A stretch of DNA of 64,000 nt. It comes from Balanoglossus misakiensis (Eukaryota > Animalia > Hemichordata). The translations under genes were made by a program, and so were the position numbers. Numbering within the stretch: position 1 is the first letter of the stretch; every line of letters starts with the position of its first letter. The stretch is taken from positions 1,934,422-1,998,421 of the forward strand of contig CM082597.2 of the NCBI GenBank assembly GCA_040954595.2, in the 5' to 3' direction. This document shows positions 49,927 through 63,100 of this stretch, piece by piece. The notes under the pieces were generated by a model that was not told the origin of the DNA, ran no database searches, and was given only the letters and a program-made list of their open reading frames with translations.

Positions 49927-52798
49927 CAGTTCTGGCAAAACATTTTTCCACCGTTTGCATGACTTAAAAAGTCACATATTCAACGGTCGTGACACTATCC
50001 AAGCTTGTCCTTCGCGAGACAAGCATTCGAGCAAATGCGTTTACATTCGACACACTGTGTCGTATTGTTCGCTTCCTGAAAGTGATCGAGGGCCCATCGA
50101 AACTCTTGAGAGGGTTATGCAGCCTTTCAATGACAATTCTTCGGGATCTAATTACCAAGACGTGGGCTTCTATGCTCTTTGCCTCCATTCCTTATTAAGT
50201 CGACTTCGATCGGCGTTTTGATTTATAGGCCCGAATTCACGTATCTCTCAACTAGCGGTTTGTCATTGCGTAATCTCGTTGCATAGCGGCGTTGGTGTTG
50301 ATTTTAGCTCGAGTCAAATTCAAGCACTTCTGACATTTCATTTGATGTGGGATGGCGTGCTATGTTTTGTTAGATCTATGTTGATATTTACATAGAATAT
50401 AGGATTGGGTCTCTCCAAAGCGTGACTAATGGATCGGCGGCGTTCTCGGGGTCATGTTGGTGCTCCGTCGCGCTAATTCACCGCTGCCAATGATTTTAAT
50501 TACCGGGACGTGACGAGTTTGCCGTTGTTTAGCGACTGTTGGCAACCCCCCTCCCCGGCCGTGAAGTGGTTTGCTATTTGTTAGATCGGGTGATATATGG
50601 CCGTACGAGACACTCGAAAACACGTTAGCCTGCATGTACCCATTATGGAAGTTGTTGACACAGTGATTTTTTATGTAAAGTGCCGTTTTGAAGTTTATCC
50701 CGCGGTTCGCTGGTGACGTGGAACAGACAGTTCTCCAAATATTGAGAAAACCATGACAACGTCCTCGGTGAAAAGTCATTTTTTTCAGTATGATATCTTA
50801 ATTTTACACTCCGTTAGAAAAAAAAACTAATACCAAACATTTGTGCAAACCACATTCATTACATTTTACAAAAAAAAAATATATTGTTCGATAATATAAT
50901 CCAGTCACCCGTAAAACGAGTAAAATGGCAACAAATATTTTATGAAACCTCCATTGTTATAATTGAAATTTATCGCCGAAATTGTTTTATCTACGACAAC
51001 TATCGCTGATAAATTCTGACGTCACGAGTTCCATTGTCGTCTGTTTCCGGTATACTCCCGCGCTCCGTCCAGCTGGACGCGAACAACACGCTCGTGTTGC
51101 ATGAATCACTGTGGTCGGGAGGCCTCCGTCAAATTTGCCATGTGCTCATCCATGTCTCGCTGGCGCATTAGCCGTAATGTTAATTGTTGCATAAATACAA
51201 CAATTATCAACATTTAAAGTCGGTTCCATTTGCACGTCTACAGGGCTTACGCCTCGTTTGCCCGATACTGACTACACAAAGCGCCGATCATTGGGACCTT
51301 AAAAAACCCGGACTGTTTACACCCATCCTCACAACATTCATAGCGCGATAAAGTGTTATAGCTCCGCGTATATCCGGTGTAGTAATATCTTCCAAAAGGT
51401 AGAAATAAAGCAAAACGACATTTTATTCTTTTTGAACGAAATATCGTGAAAATTAATCCTTATTTTGAGGAAAAGCCTCGGAGATACTAGGATGAAAGAC
51501 CGCCGCGATTAGTGAAGGGCGGGGATCGGCGATTGGAGAATAGCTTGAAGTTAAGCGATGGGTTAATAATTGGGGGATTCTGAATATTCTAGCAATTAAA
51601 CAGGCCAGTATCAAATGAGTCTGGGTTGGCCCCATCGGTATAATCAGCTATGTAGTTGATTACAACTTATCTCCTGGGTTAACACAGACTATTTTGCCTC
51701 GCACAACCGCACACAAAAACTGTAATAGTAAGTCTGTCTACGGGAACGACAAGAAAAATGGCGCAAAAACTGTTTAAATGAGAGACGTCTTCATTCATTG
51801 AAGCAAATTATTGGAGATTTTATCCCGTGTAGAAAATTTCACACAAGTCTTTAAAAATAGTATTGTTACATATGAAACTAAAAATCATGGTGATATTACT
51901 GCAGTGTTCGAGACATGGGTCTGGTGACAACGCTCTTTCATCGCCTCGCTGGCTTGATTTCTCACGGTGCGGCCCTCGGAATCGATTGAGTGGGCTCGCA
52001 AGGAAACGACGGGCCGTTTCTTGTTCGGGAAATCACACAAGTACTTTAGGAAGGAAAGCGGCCGGAAATTCGGCAAGTGCACAAACGACAACACCAAAAA
52101 CGGGCAATCGTGCGATAAGGGTCACTCAGAGCTGGCAAACGAACAGCGAACGACATCGCTTGTGACGTCACACTTGGCAGAAAAGGCGCGCATTGTCCTT
52201 GCCGCAATTAAAGGTGTGAAGAGCGACCGTTTTCACAGCTACTGGCGAAAATGACCCGAAGTGACGAGAAGGGAGCGTATCATTCAAGTGGCCGGTTTTC
52301 CTGTGATCTTGTTTCGGGCGTCCGCTTTGTCGGTGTCGAGTCCGGACAGCGTCGTTTCTTTCGAGAGGTTGCGGCTAAAATTCTTGATTGCACTGATTGC
52401 TTTTTAGACTACTTATGTTTTCAAAATCGTGAAAATTTAACGAAGAGATATGACCCATTTAAGACAATCACCTCAATGACACGTGACTCGTTCTAAAAAT
52501 GGCTTGTCCACAGTCACGCGCGGTGGGCGACGGCGGGAATTTATGCAAAACCGAGAACTCGGCAGACGACACCTGTTTTTGTCGTTGCTTCATTTTACGG
52601 ACAAACTCGACATTCTACTCAAAACAAATTACAAATTTTAGTAATTTAAGTACTAATATGTTATTCCTATGCATGACATTTTGTGAATCGAGACTTGTCG
52701 ACTACATTGATATTTTAAAGAATCATTTTTTTCATGGTTGTATTTTGCAGACCCCTATCAAATATTTGGCGCTGCAAGCAGTCGTCTGGCATCATCTG
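39180..52798 (+). CDS. ERG/FLI1: ERG/FLI1/FEV-subfamily ETS factor, tandem paralog B (partial, 3' end not in window): join(39180..39249,40433..40507,44883..44951,52751..52798,...)
   Basis: Four GT-AG phase-1 exons in the same order as paralog A give MSPQNDCSNNSCKLSCPMFLTTT-AESSYECLMRERQGSWANAAPSQQK-SYASSIPQVPKPTMDPSHTHIRP-DPYQIFGAASSRLASS-G. No ETS exon was found in 52799-64000. Confidence 0.88.
39950..39994 (+). CDS. Candidate 45-nt cassette exon of paralog B (DYRSMLIPWSSTSFS)
   Basis: Pyrimidine tract at 39901-39930, branch-like taactaat near 39887, cctag acceptor, TCAG|gtaaca donor. Phase 1-1 and open in frame. No homolog was seen in paralog A. Confidence 0.45.
40433..40507 (+). CDS. Paralog B exon 2 (AESSYECLMRERQGSWANAAPSQQK), 75 nt
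   Basis: tttccttcacag acceptor, A|gtaagc donor, phase 1-1. 11 of 24 aligned residues are identical to paralog A exon 2. Confidence 0.85.
44883..44951 (+). CDS. Paralog B exon 3 (SYASSIPQVPKPTMDPSHTHIRP), 69 nt
   Basis: tttttaaatctcag acceptor, CAG|gtgcgt donor, phase 1-1. Shares P.VP.P..D..HTHI.P with paralog A exon 3. Confidence 0.87.
45345..45398. repeat. CpG-rich 21-bp minisatellite, about 2.6 copies (AAGTGCGCGRGGWTCCGCGAG)
   Basis: Units at 45345-45365, 45366-45386 and a partial unit at 45387-45398. Confidence 0.9.
45603..45673. repeat. (GACT)n(GAAT)n microsatellite
   Basis: Read directly. Confidence 0.9.
49858..49926. repeat. (GGAT)n(GAT)n microsatellite
   Basis: Read directly. Confidence 0.95.
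52751..52798 (+). CDS. Paralog B exon 4 (DPYQIFGAASSRLASS), 48 nt pre-ETS exon
   Basis: tattttgcag acceptor, TG|gtaagt donor. Same length as paralog A exon 4, with 13 of 16 residues identical. Confidence 0.93.
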
Positions 52799-52897
52799 GT
52801 AAGTCTTAATATATTCAAAGATTTCAGTCCTAAACATGGGGCCTGGATGATAGTTTGCCGTAATGTGGTGTTAGGAACATTGTTGTTTTTGTTTGTG

Positions 52898-52929
52898 TGA
52901 TGATGATGGTGGTGATGATGATAATGATG

Positions 52930-52997
<68 letters not shown>
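52898..52997. repeat. (GAT)n microsatellite
   Basis: Read directly. Source of the spurious poly-Ile ORF. Confidence 0.95.
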
Positions 52998-52998
<1 letters not shown>

Positions 52999-55122
52999 TC
53001 ACTAGTGTACATGTCATCTGTTAACATAAAAGGGACAGCTGCGTATTTTCATTGGATGCATGATTGAAAGATAAGTTCTTCTCTGCTCCAGTGTTTAATA
53101 TTCACCTTGATGAAGGCAAAGGTGACCACAAGATGGCCGTTGGCCGCATGACAGTGAAGGTCACGCACTAACGTAAATTAAATAGATTGGGCGAATGATA
53201 TCAAAAAATACCGAGGTTGTATTTGTGTAGAACACACTGTACTCCATTAAATCATCTGACAGTCGAGATCGCACCGCGATTTTATCGGGAGACAATGCCT
53301 GAATGAGCAGGAACATTTCGCTGGATACAGTCAGTCAGCGATAATGATCACGACGAGGGAGAGACGACGAACTAATGAGAGGAGGGAGAGAGGGGAGGGT
53401 AGAGTTGACTGCACTTGATTTCAGGAAAGGCGGAACAAAGTGGCCATCTCCTCGAAATCGAGGACGGATGGGGAGAAGGAAATGACGATGGCCGGCACGT
53501 GAGAGCACAGTTGTGTGTGTGTGTGGGGGGGGGGGGCTGCTCTTGCTGATTGTTTAGGTCGTCTTCTCAACATCACAATATCTGCATTTTTGCATTATTT
53601 TCATGATTTCACTTAAAAACTTAGACTGGTTCATTGAAATGAGCTAACTGAAGGCTATACACAATATATTACATACGTCTGATTGTGGCTGTACATGTTA
53701 AGTAATTATAAAAGTCACAACGCTGAAGTTGACAGAATCTTGTTTGATTCCTTTGGAGGTATTGCGCGGGCATCTTGCTCTGATTTTGCAAATCGAAAAA
53801 TCACCTATCTCTGTTTGTTCTGCATACTAGATATTATTAGACCCGTGAGAATGGTTGCTCTAATCTCGAAATTCGATTAAAAGCTCCCTGGTTTTAATTA
53901 TTTCCATACTGATGAACAATTTCAACTAATCAGGGGAGGGTAGGACACGCGAAAAAAAGTGAGTTTCAATATGGTAGATTTGGCGCGTGCGCGGGTTGTG
54001 CAAGGTTAAACTCAACTACGTGTACCGCGTTTTGGCGCGCATTTTTTGGCGCGCGGCCTACAAATCATCGCGGCCAGATCGGCGGCGATAGAGCGGATTT
54101 GGTGTGAAATGACTGTAAGTCTATACAAAGTGACAGTCAGCGGAGTGATATGGCTATCACCAGCCAACTCCCGTATCAAGTTTATCCCTGGGCTTTGCCG
54201 AAAAGCCCTCCATCAACCCAACTGATTTAATCCTTGTCAAATTTCTTCACAACACCTCTCGTTAAAAATGTGACAGCTGTCCGAGATAGAGAAAAAGAAA
54301 CATCAGCTTTTCTGAACTCCCTCTCAGATCAAACGCCTACATCGAATATAATAATTAAAACGAAGGGGATCAAAGAATTTATTTCTTTATGCCCTAATAA
54401 GCAATTCATAATCTTGCTCAGCCGACGGCGTCTTCAAAAATCTACCTATACACAAATCCAGCACACTAATATCAAAAGACACACTATTTTGCAACATTGT
54501 AGCCGCAACTGCAATACACGACAACATAACTAGTAACAATGTACCCAGTACCTTGAATCACGTGTATTTAAAAATCAGCTTGTTAGAAGAACGAAGAGTG
54601 CGCCTTGAAGCAGGTATATCAATCAAGGGCTTTATCTTATCTGGACAAAAGCCACCGAGAATTTTGAAAGTAAGAAGGATTATTTTAAACCTGATCCCTT
54701 CCTTTACATAAACGTAACCAACCAACCAACCAACTAACACATATGTTATGTGCACAAATTTCCATGCGCAAGTAATTATGTAGGGTGGTTTACGCTGGTG
54801 ATTTTTAATTCCATAAAGGAGACTTTCTCTCATATTCTGAAGAATCAACCCTAAAGCTGCTGGTGTAAAATAAAACAACCTTTGTCAATTTAACAGTCTT
54901 GTTATTTCTTTAATGCACCGCAAGTGATATCGAATCGCCGATCCTCTAATTAGAAGCTCGCCTTAGCCAGAATTATCGTTGAGTGACTTATCGTGGCAGG
55001 GTGATACAGAATTCAGTACCTGCGGTAGCGATTCAGGAAATTGGCGATAACGTTGGTTTTTGGACACGCCTGTGATTGCATCCCGCCGGTCTCATAGATT
55101 TCACATCGACACTAAACTTGTG

Positions 55123-55196
55123 TAAGGTAGAATGCGCCTTGAAAATCAAAGTCTTAAACTTTCTCTCATATTTTACTGAAATCAACTTTGGATAAT
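55123..55196 (+). mobile_element. Degenerate copy of a dispersed repeat starting taaggtagaatgcgcct
   Basis: Aligns by eye with the copies at 35318 and 6895. Confidence 0.55.
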
Positions 55197-58100
55197 AAAC
55201 AGCGTGTCGTCACATAGTCATCAAAACACTCCTCATTTTAACCATAAAATGGTTAATATATATAAATATGAAGCGACTCAACTGTAAAAATATACCTGGT
55301 ATGAAAAAGTTAATAACGCGGTGCGCGCATCGAAAAATTGAGGTCTAAAATTTCACTCGTCATTGCCTAGCTAAATTACACTTCAAGTTTGACTTCAGTC
55401 GAGCTATCGAGCCAATATTAACATTAAGATGTATGGCCATCTTGTAAAATTGCCCCAAATTTGCTCATGCAATGAATTAAAAATGTCGGTCAAACCCTAT
55501 GAACAGAACGAGCACTTTAAGACAGAAATGAAATTCTCCCGATTTCTTGTAATATTTTTTTGGTTATGGTTTTATCTGCACTTTCTGTCCAATCTTACTT
55601 CACGACTTCCAGAATATGTTCTCTTTTGACGAACGCCTTCCCGACTCATAATTTTTTTCCGTCATGATGACGCGTTTATTTGTCCATTTCTACATTTTTG
55701 AAGTGCCGGGCATTCGCGCTTTCAGTAGCCAATAGCGATGCGTTGAACAGCCCGCTATCATTTGATGATGCATGCTGTGAAGTGATAAAAAGGCTGACCC
55801 CGTGACCATAACACCGATGCAACTTCAGAACCTTCCGAAGGAAACATAAAAACTTCTACTCACAAGCGCATTCACAGGAGAATAAAATCGACATCCTTCC
55901 GTTGCTAGGAAACGATGGAGATTTAGTAGTTTCTGCATCATTTACACCAACTTTCATTGGAACGTATTTTTTTTAAATGTGACGTAGGTTTATACCTGTA
56001 CCCATTTACGGCAATTACTAACCTGCACGGACGCCATATTGGTCTAACGGGTCCTCTTTTGCGATCATGCGACCAGACTATAACGAGTGCATATTTGCTC
56101 AATTTTAAACGACAGATATAGTTGACTCGCATGTCAACAAAGCTTTTACCGCCGTTTCCTCTTAATTCACTGTGCCGAAAATCGATCGCCCAAACCCCAT
56201 ATAGCTCCTCACGTCTGACTCACGGTAATCGCCACAGAATACAAATAGTGGCTGTTTTGCTGATATTTTGCTTGTGTTTTCAAAATTAAATCTCCCTGAA
56301 TATATATTTGTCTGAATCTATTCTCATAAAATGACAAGTTTTACCTCTGGAAACGACAGTAGCCGCACGCATGCGCAATATTTTTGGATCAACAGGTTAC
56401 TGACAATAAAATGTCTGTGGACGCTTGTACTACACCTTCGAATCACAACATTTCTTCTCATATTTTTCCTGCAGACTCAGAAAAGCGTTTTATTAAGGAA
56501 AATTCACAATTTTGTATGATATTGGCTACAGAACCCATGCACTGTGAGCACAATAATGTCGTGTCGTTGACTTAAGTTATGAAAAGCCCTGATTTGAGTC
56601 AAATATTAACCGATAGCTTGAGTGAAACCTGACTCGCAGGCGAGAATTTATACGATTCAAAATGGCGGGAAATGCGGGCAATTGATATGTTCTCAAGTGG
56701 GGTAAATCTCCCGCCAGGAAGCCAAGAGAACGCGATCTCAATCATATCCTTCCACGGGAAAGACAAACAATCAAAAGAAGATCTTTATTTTTCCTATTAT
56801 GTTGGCAGAGAGCCAACTCAGACGGAGCATTCTCAATTTAAAGGAGAAGTGAATGTAGATCGATTTTTGGCGTTCGCTCGTCTCCGATTTCTTTCGCATT
56901 TTCGAACAATTTCTTTTTTCATCTCCCCCTCAAAATAGACTCGAATTTGTTTAATGGGTCTACGTTGAATATTCATTGCTTTCACCCTCCTTTGACTGAA
57001 ACTGCTCAAACACGTTCAGGAACCGGTTATCTGTGCGAACGGCATGACGTCACACGGTAATGAAAGTGACACGACGTGATTTTTAAAGATTTCCTTTATT
57101 TTCTCGCTCTCTCTGCATGTCTCAGGACAAGAGCAAAAATTAGCAGACGACAGCAGAGTCGACGTGAAGCTAACCCTAATCGTTTCTCGGGGCAATTTAC
57201 CGGCTTACGAATTCTGCCCACACGTCGGAATCTAACATCGGAATTAGAAACGAGCTGACTTCGAAATTCTCTAGCGAGCTGATGGACGGGTAGCTTTGCA
57301 ATCTCATATTAAAGTGCATTGAGTCGCTTGTTAGGCTAGAGTGCACCTCTGTGTTGGGAACTAGACCGGAAGTACATTATAACTGTATTAGGTGGAATAA
57401 CTCTTGCATTGCACACAGAAATGCATTAAAGTGTTCCAGTGTCTTTATTGATTACAACAAGCTGCCTCCACTTACGGTGACGCGATATTCAAAAAATAGT
57501 CTGTTCGGAATGGTTTAAGTTCTGGGCCCCCTAAGCAGTGAGACTTAACCAAATGCGATTCTGTTGTCATCTAGACAAGCCAAAAAATCAAATGATCATT
57601 TCATCACGGTGCTAAGTTATACCTCACCCCCACCCCATGCAATTGTCAGTTTTAGGGTGTGGGGAGACGACTGAACGATATCTAGAAATGGCTTCAATTG
57701 GCAAGAACTGGGAAAAACAAGCAACGTGTTCGTTGTTGCGTGAAATAAAACAAATGCGAGGAATTCGTGCACACGCTATAGAGAGTGAAAGGAGCTATCA
57801 GCAAAAGCAATCATGAATTTTTATCTGTCAATTGTGAGTCAGTATTTGCATAGATAATAGCGCCATTATCTACACCGTGTACAGTGTTGACATAGTCCTT
57901 ACGGAACAGAGAATTCACTGGTAAAAGCTCGCTTCTCAGTTTCAAGACACTACACCCTAAAACATTCAAAACTAATCAGATCAGATCTCTGTATTTCGGT
58001 AGTCTGAAATCTGTGCTATGTAGGGGGCGCTTCTCGTTATTTGAATAATACGTGTATTTCAACACGACTGGTGATAACTGACCTTGTGATGGTCTTGTCG

Positions 58101-60053
58101 TTGTAAAGAACATACATATCGAACGCACGCCCAACCATAAAGGAAAATAAAGGGCTTACATCATGCATGACCAGGAAATAGTTTAAAACTTCGAAGCACG
58201 TAGGGGAAAATTCTGACGATTTCTCATCGAAATCGGACTTGTAGTCAAATGCCCACCATTATCGTTCGTGGAGGTCCAAGAACAACGACGCCATGTAAAT
58301 TATGTACAGGAAAATGAAAAAAAATCAAACACAATTCCTTTGGGTTCAAATTATTAACTATAACTATGATCGTTAGTCATTATGAAAGTATGCACTAAAT
58401 ACGCAGTACCTGAGTGACCCAAGATGGCGTCAAAATTTTGCCACCCACCGCGCCGGTAAATGTAATCTATGTTCCGCTTCAGAAAAACGGCGTATAACCG
58501 CTATATTTTCCTGGACAGACTAGCAATCTAACTCTGGTGTTCTTTCTAGAACACGGGGCTGGGATTTGGAATTCCATGGTGCACATCGAAAATGTGCAGA
58601 AAATCGGAGAGACACAGAAACCTTTCTGATTTTCCCGCTCTGGGGCACGATATGATCAACTGCCCGATAATGTCGGCAATTGTGTCGTCTGCATCCGAGA
58701 TTAGAAGGGTTGGATTCGATTTCTGGAAGGAAGGAGGAAGGAAGCCTTTCTGGACTAAAGAAGGGGAGTAGGAAGAGGCTGCATTTGATACGGATTCCGT
58801 GAGTAAGAATCCGAACGGTGGACTGGGAATTTGATCGGAGTATTGATCGCATTGTGTGTGACTTCTCCCGAGCATTAAGACTGCAATTAGTGTAACGGTA
58901 GCTCCGCGCCGACAGTGCCCATCGGCGTTCGGAATCAAAAAGTCAAACTATTTATGCGTTTGCCTGAATCCGCGGCAGACAATTTTGGCGACGTCGTTTC
59001 CAGAAGTAAAAGATCTCGACAAATACCTGATGGATGCAGTGAAGCTATGATATCGGTGAAACTTTTTGACGGTTTATGATTTTAGGCGGGAAAAGTGGTC
59101 GTCTGACGATCACATAGCTGGAGGGATCAACAGGTAGATAATTGCATTCAGAGACGCGCTGCAATATTAAGAACACTTAGTAATGGCAAAGCCCGCAGCT
59201 ATATTTTTGTATATAGCGAGGTATTGACAGAAAGCAGTGGCAAGCGAAACATTCCCTCCACTACTAACAAAGCACACTATCGACTTTTTGAGAGTGCAAT
59301 TTTTGTGCAAGTCTCCATCTGAATTGGGACCAATATTAGTGTTCTTGTCATGGTAGCATAAAAAATTCAGCAGAGCCTTTGAAATGTCCTAATTAATCCA
59401 CCGACAAGTATACTTTTAAATCATTAGGCACAGAAGATGGCGCTGGCGAGTTGTAAATACATTTTGAAAGCTCTAATAATTTGTTTTTGAGTGCTTTTAT
59501 GAGTCGTCCCAGTCTTTGATAACGCGGAAGTCGACTGCCTTTTTGCCGATTGCTTTGTACGAATCTATTGTCGCCGCAAAAGCTTTTAAGCAAGTTGACA
59601 AATTACCGTAACCGGACTCTGTAAATGGGATAGGAAAAAGGACTGGCAAGGTTTGACGTGTTTTGTCATATAGCCGCATCCGTTAGCACTGGCTGCCTTT
59701 GACGGCTCCTGGCTCCGTATGCCAGAGCGGGTTCCTGAACTGGAAATTAAGCAATGGATATGCTGCCTCTCTGATAAACTATATCCCATTATTTATTACC
59801 ATTGGTGAAAAGAAACATAGTGGCCCTAAAACTGGTTTAATTTTTAACTCTAAGTGTATTAGGGAGGTGTTCGTCTGAATAAGACGCTTTGTGTCAGGTC
59901 GGCTGATGAAGTCGCTTAGAGCGGGGTGACAGTCGGATATAGCCTGTTCTCGATTTAGCTTTGCGTCTGGCGCGTCCCCGCACGCCTGTCAACATTTGAT
60001 GATCTTAGAGTGACTCAAACAGATTGAAAAGTTGAGAGAGGTAGGGTGAGAGG

Positions 60054-60184
60054 GTGAGTGAGTGAGTGAGTGAGTGAGTGAGTGAGTGAGTGAGTGAGTG
60101 AGTGAGTGAGTGAGTGAGTGAGTGAGTGAGTGAGTGAGTGAGTGAGAGAGTGAGTGAGTGGGTGAGTGACAGACAGACAGACAT
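60054..60184. repeat. (GAGT)n microsatellite followed by (GACA)n
   Basis: Read directly. Confidence 0.95.
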
Positions 60185-63100
60185 ACCGAGGGACAGAACG
60201 ACAGAGAGTATCCCTAATTTTTATCGGCAAAAACACTGGCCAAAAATTTCATTTATTGAGAGAATCTGCCGACTATATAGTTTTATGATAATTTTCAAAG
60301 ATCACGTACCTATAATTTTATATGGATGCCGGGATATTGGGAACAAAGCGGGGAAGATTGTTCCGTTTTGGACATTGTTTTGTTGTCGCTATGACTCCAT
60401 TGCAGACAGGTGCATCCTTCGCTAAAAATCTTATGATTTCACTATCGCAACTAAAAATACGCATATCAGATTTTATTACTTTGGTTAGGTTTTGCGATGA
60501 ATTTATGATTTGAGGAATCTGCTTCGGTTAAAATCTTACTGCACGGTGCCCTGAGAAAGGTTCTCTCGCCAGCTGTACATAACAGGTTTGTGACGAAGTT
60601 AAGGCGGGAAACTTTGGTCGTGTCACCGTAGTTTAGGCGGGAGACTTTGGTCATATAACTGCTACGATGTATCAATTTGAAAACAATATGGTTGTTACTT
60701 TGTACACACACTATACAGGGATGACTATGTTTAAAACTAAGACACGTATTGTGAGAGAGGGGCATTAGTTACAGGAGACAAAAGAAAGAAAGAAAACTCT
60801 GCTTTCAGAGCGAGAAAGACTTCTAGAAAATTGCTGCGCTAAAACACTGTTGTAACACACGATCTTTACACACCGGAGGCGCGATGCAAGCATTTGGCGC
60901 GCCGAAAGGTGTTCCCCAACTTGTCACCGGAACCATTTTCTGGGTGATTTTAGTAGCTCAATCTTCTCGTTTGGGCATCTTACTTTACTGCTCACTAATG
61001 TGCATATGTCATTTCGATGTCGTCGTTTCGTTCTCGTACAGACGTTGAGTGATTTTGCGTAGGAATTATTCTCTGATCGCGGAAGTGCGCATGACTAGAG
61101 GCTGTCGAGACGATTACGGCGAGCGAAGGGACTTGGCGAAGCAAAGCGGTCCTTACATAGATATTCGCACACAAAGGCCCGCTCGACAAGCCAGTGTAAA
61201 TACTCTGTCCGGAATATGAAAACGTACGTTATATCGCCCGGCAAAAAACTTGCATATTACTGAGATTTTGTACAGACAACTAAAATAATAGATGGTTGAG
61301 TAAACGACAGCATAATATGACTTTGCGGCAGCCATCTTTGTTCACATTCCTTTGTGGAAAAACGTCTTTGAAGTCAGCTGTGTGAAATAAATGAAGTTCA
61401 GAGACAATGCCGCGTAAATAAAATAAAATACGCAAGTCTTTAGTTCTCGGGTGACGTCAATGACTTGAACACGCCTCGTTGTGTTTTCAACTTCAACACA
61501 TCACGAGAACAGTCGTTTGTATTTTCTGCAACAGCAGGAAATGACGTTCTCATCGTTCTGGTTTTTCACAGATGGTGTTTCTATGCTATGTGCACAGGCT
61601 GGGTGTCGCTCGTGAACACCTGAAATGGCACGCGTTTGAATCGAGTTATGCACAAAATGTGTGACACAATGTTGTGGGGAGGGGCATGAATGTTTCTTGA
61701 AGGCCAAAAGAAAGACACTATGGCGTTATCTAAAAGGGACCCTCGCTGGCCTCGGACCTATGCCTGACTTGCAGAGTCGACGTGCAGAACCACCGATGTC
61801 GGCAAATTTTCCCACCAAAAACAAAACAAGGGAAAACAGTTGAAGTGAAATGTCTGAATATTTTACCCCTGGTATAGACACCATATAAGGAGAAAGTTAA
61901 ACAGAGATTCGCTGAATTTATTTACGCCAAATTCAGTCGGATAATTCCATACAAAAAACCTGCTATCGTAAGAGTCATATGTGACGTCACTTCCCCCGCA
62001 CCTGCACTCGTATCAACCGACAGTCATTGCACCTTTCCTATACCCCTTTGTGAAAATCTCCCTGAACTCTGACCTCTGTAGAATCGCGCTTTCAAAAGTA
62101 GAGTAGCCATTTGCAAAGGAGTTTTCCGAAAGCTACTATTATTCTTCACTTAACTCTAGCATTGAATTTTAATGAAGCACTTATTTCAAATCAAGCAGTG
62201 TGTTTACATTTAGTGTTGGGATGATCCTGCCAAAATATAATTTCGTTGAAGGACACGTGTAAAGGCGCTAGTGGACACAGAGGCTGATTACTCAGTGGGC
62301 CAGTCAGTCAGTCAGACAGAAAGACAGACAGACATACACTAAATGAAGAAAAATTGCGACCTGTGTTGGCGCCTATCCACTACAACACGAGATATTTGCC
62401 ATGCCACTAAATTCGCGATTTCTGCTTTTGTACTTTTGGGTGAACAATATCACACAAAGATGGGCTTTGTTCTGCGATACTTTTCTCTTCCAGGGTCGAT
62501 ATTAGCATATAAACGAATTACTGTCACTTTTTCATCTCCCGGATAAGTAGCATATATTTATTTTACAATTTGAACATAGAAAAAAAGTCGTGTTCATTTC
62601 CACGGTGAAGTCAAGCGGCAGGGTTGTGTTTGACTGTGACATGAAACAGCGACGATAATTGTTTCCACTTTACGGCCGCGTCGGGAGTCACCGGTTTGCA
62701 ACGACCATTTTCAATGGGGCCGCAACCGTTCAGAAGAACGCTAGACCTGACCACTTCACGCTAAATGGAAGAGGGATTCAATAAAACAATGTTGTTCTAG
62801 CTAACTGCCTAATTCAATGGCATATTTTTGTAACAAAATTCTCCCTCGGTGATCGGCAGGGTCCGCTGTGGACACTTTTAAATCCCCCCTGAATCGGATC
62901 AAATTTTACGCTATACTGCATAAATATATTATAAAAGCGACTGAGATCTAATTAAATTTAGAACGCAATGGGTACATCGCTTGATATATGTAAGCATTCC
63001 CCCGGGCCAGGATGGTAGGGCTCAGTTCTGCCTATTTTAATCGATGTCACATCGCAGACACCACACACCTATATAGTTTAATGCCCTGATTTATGGTTGC

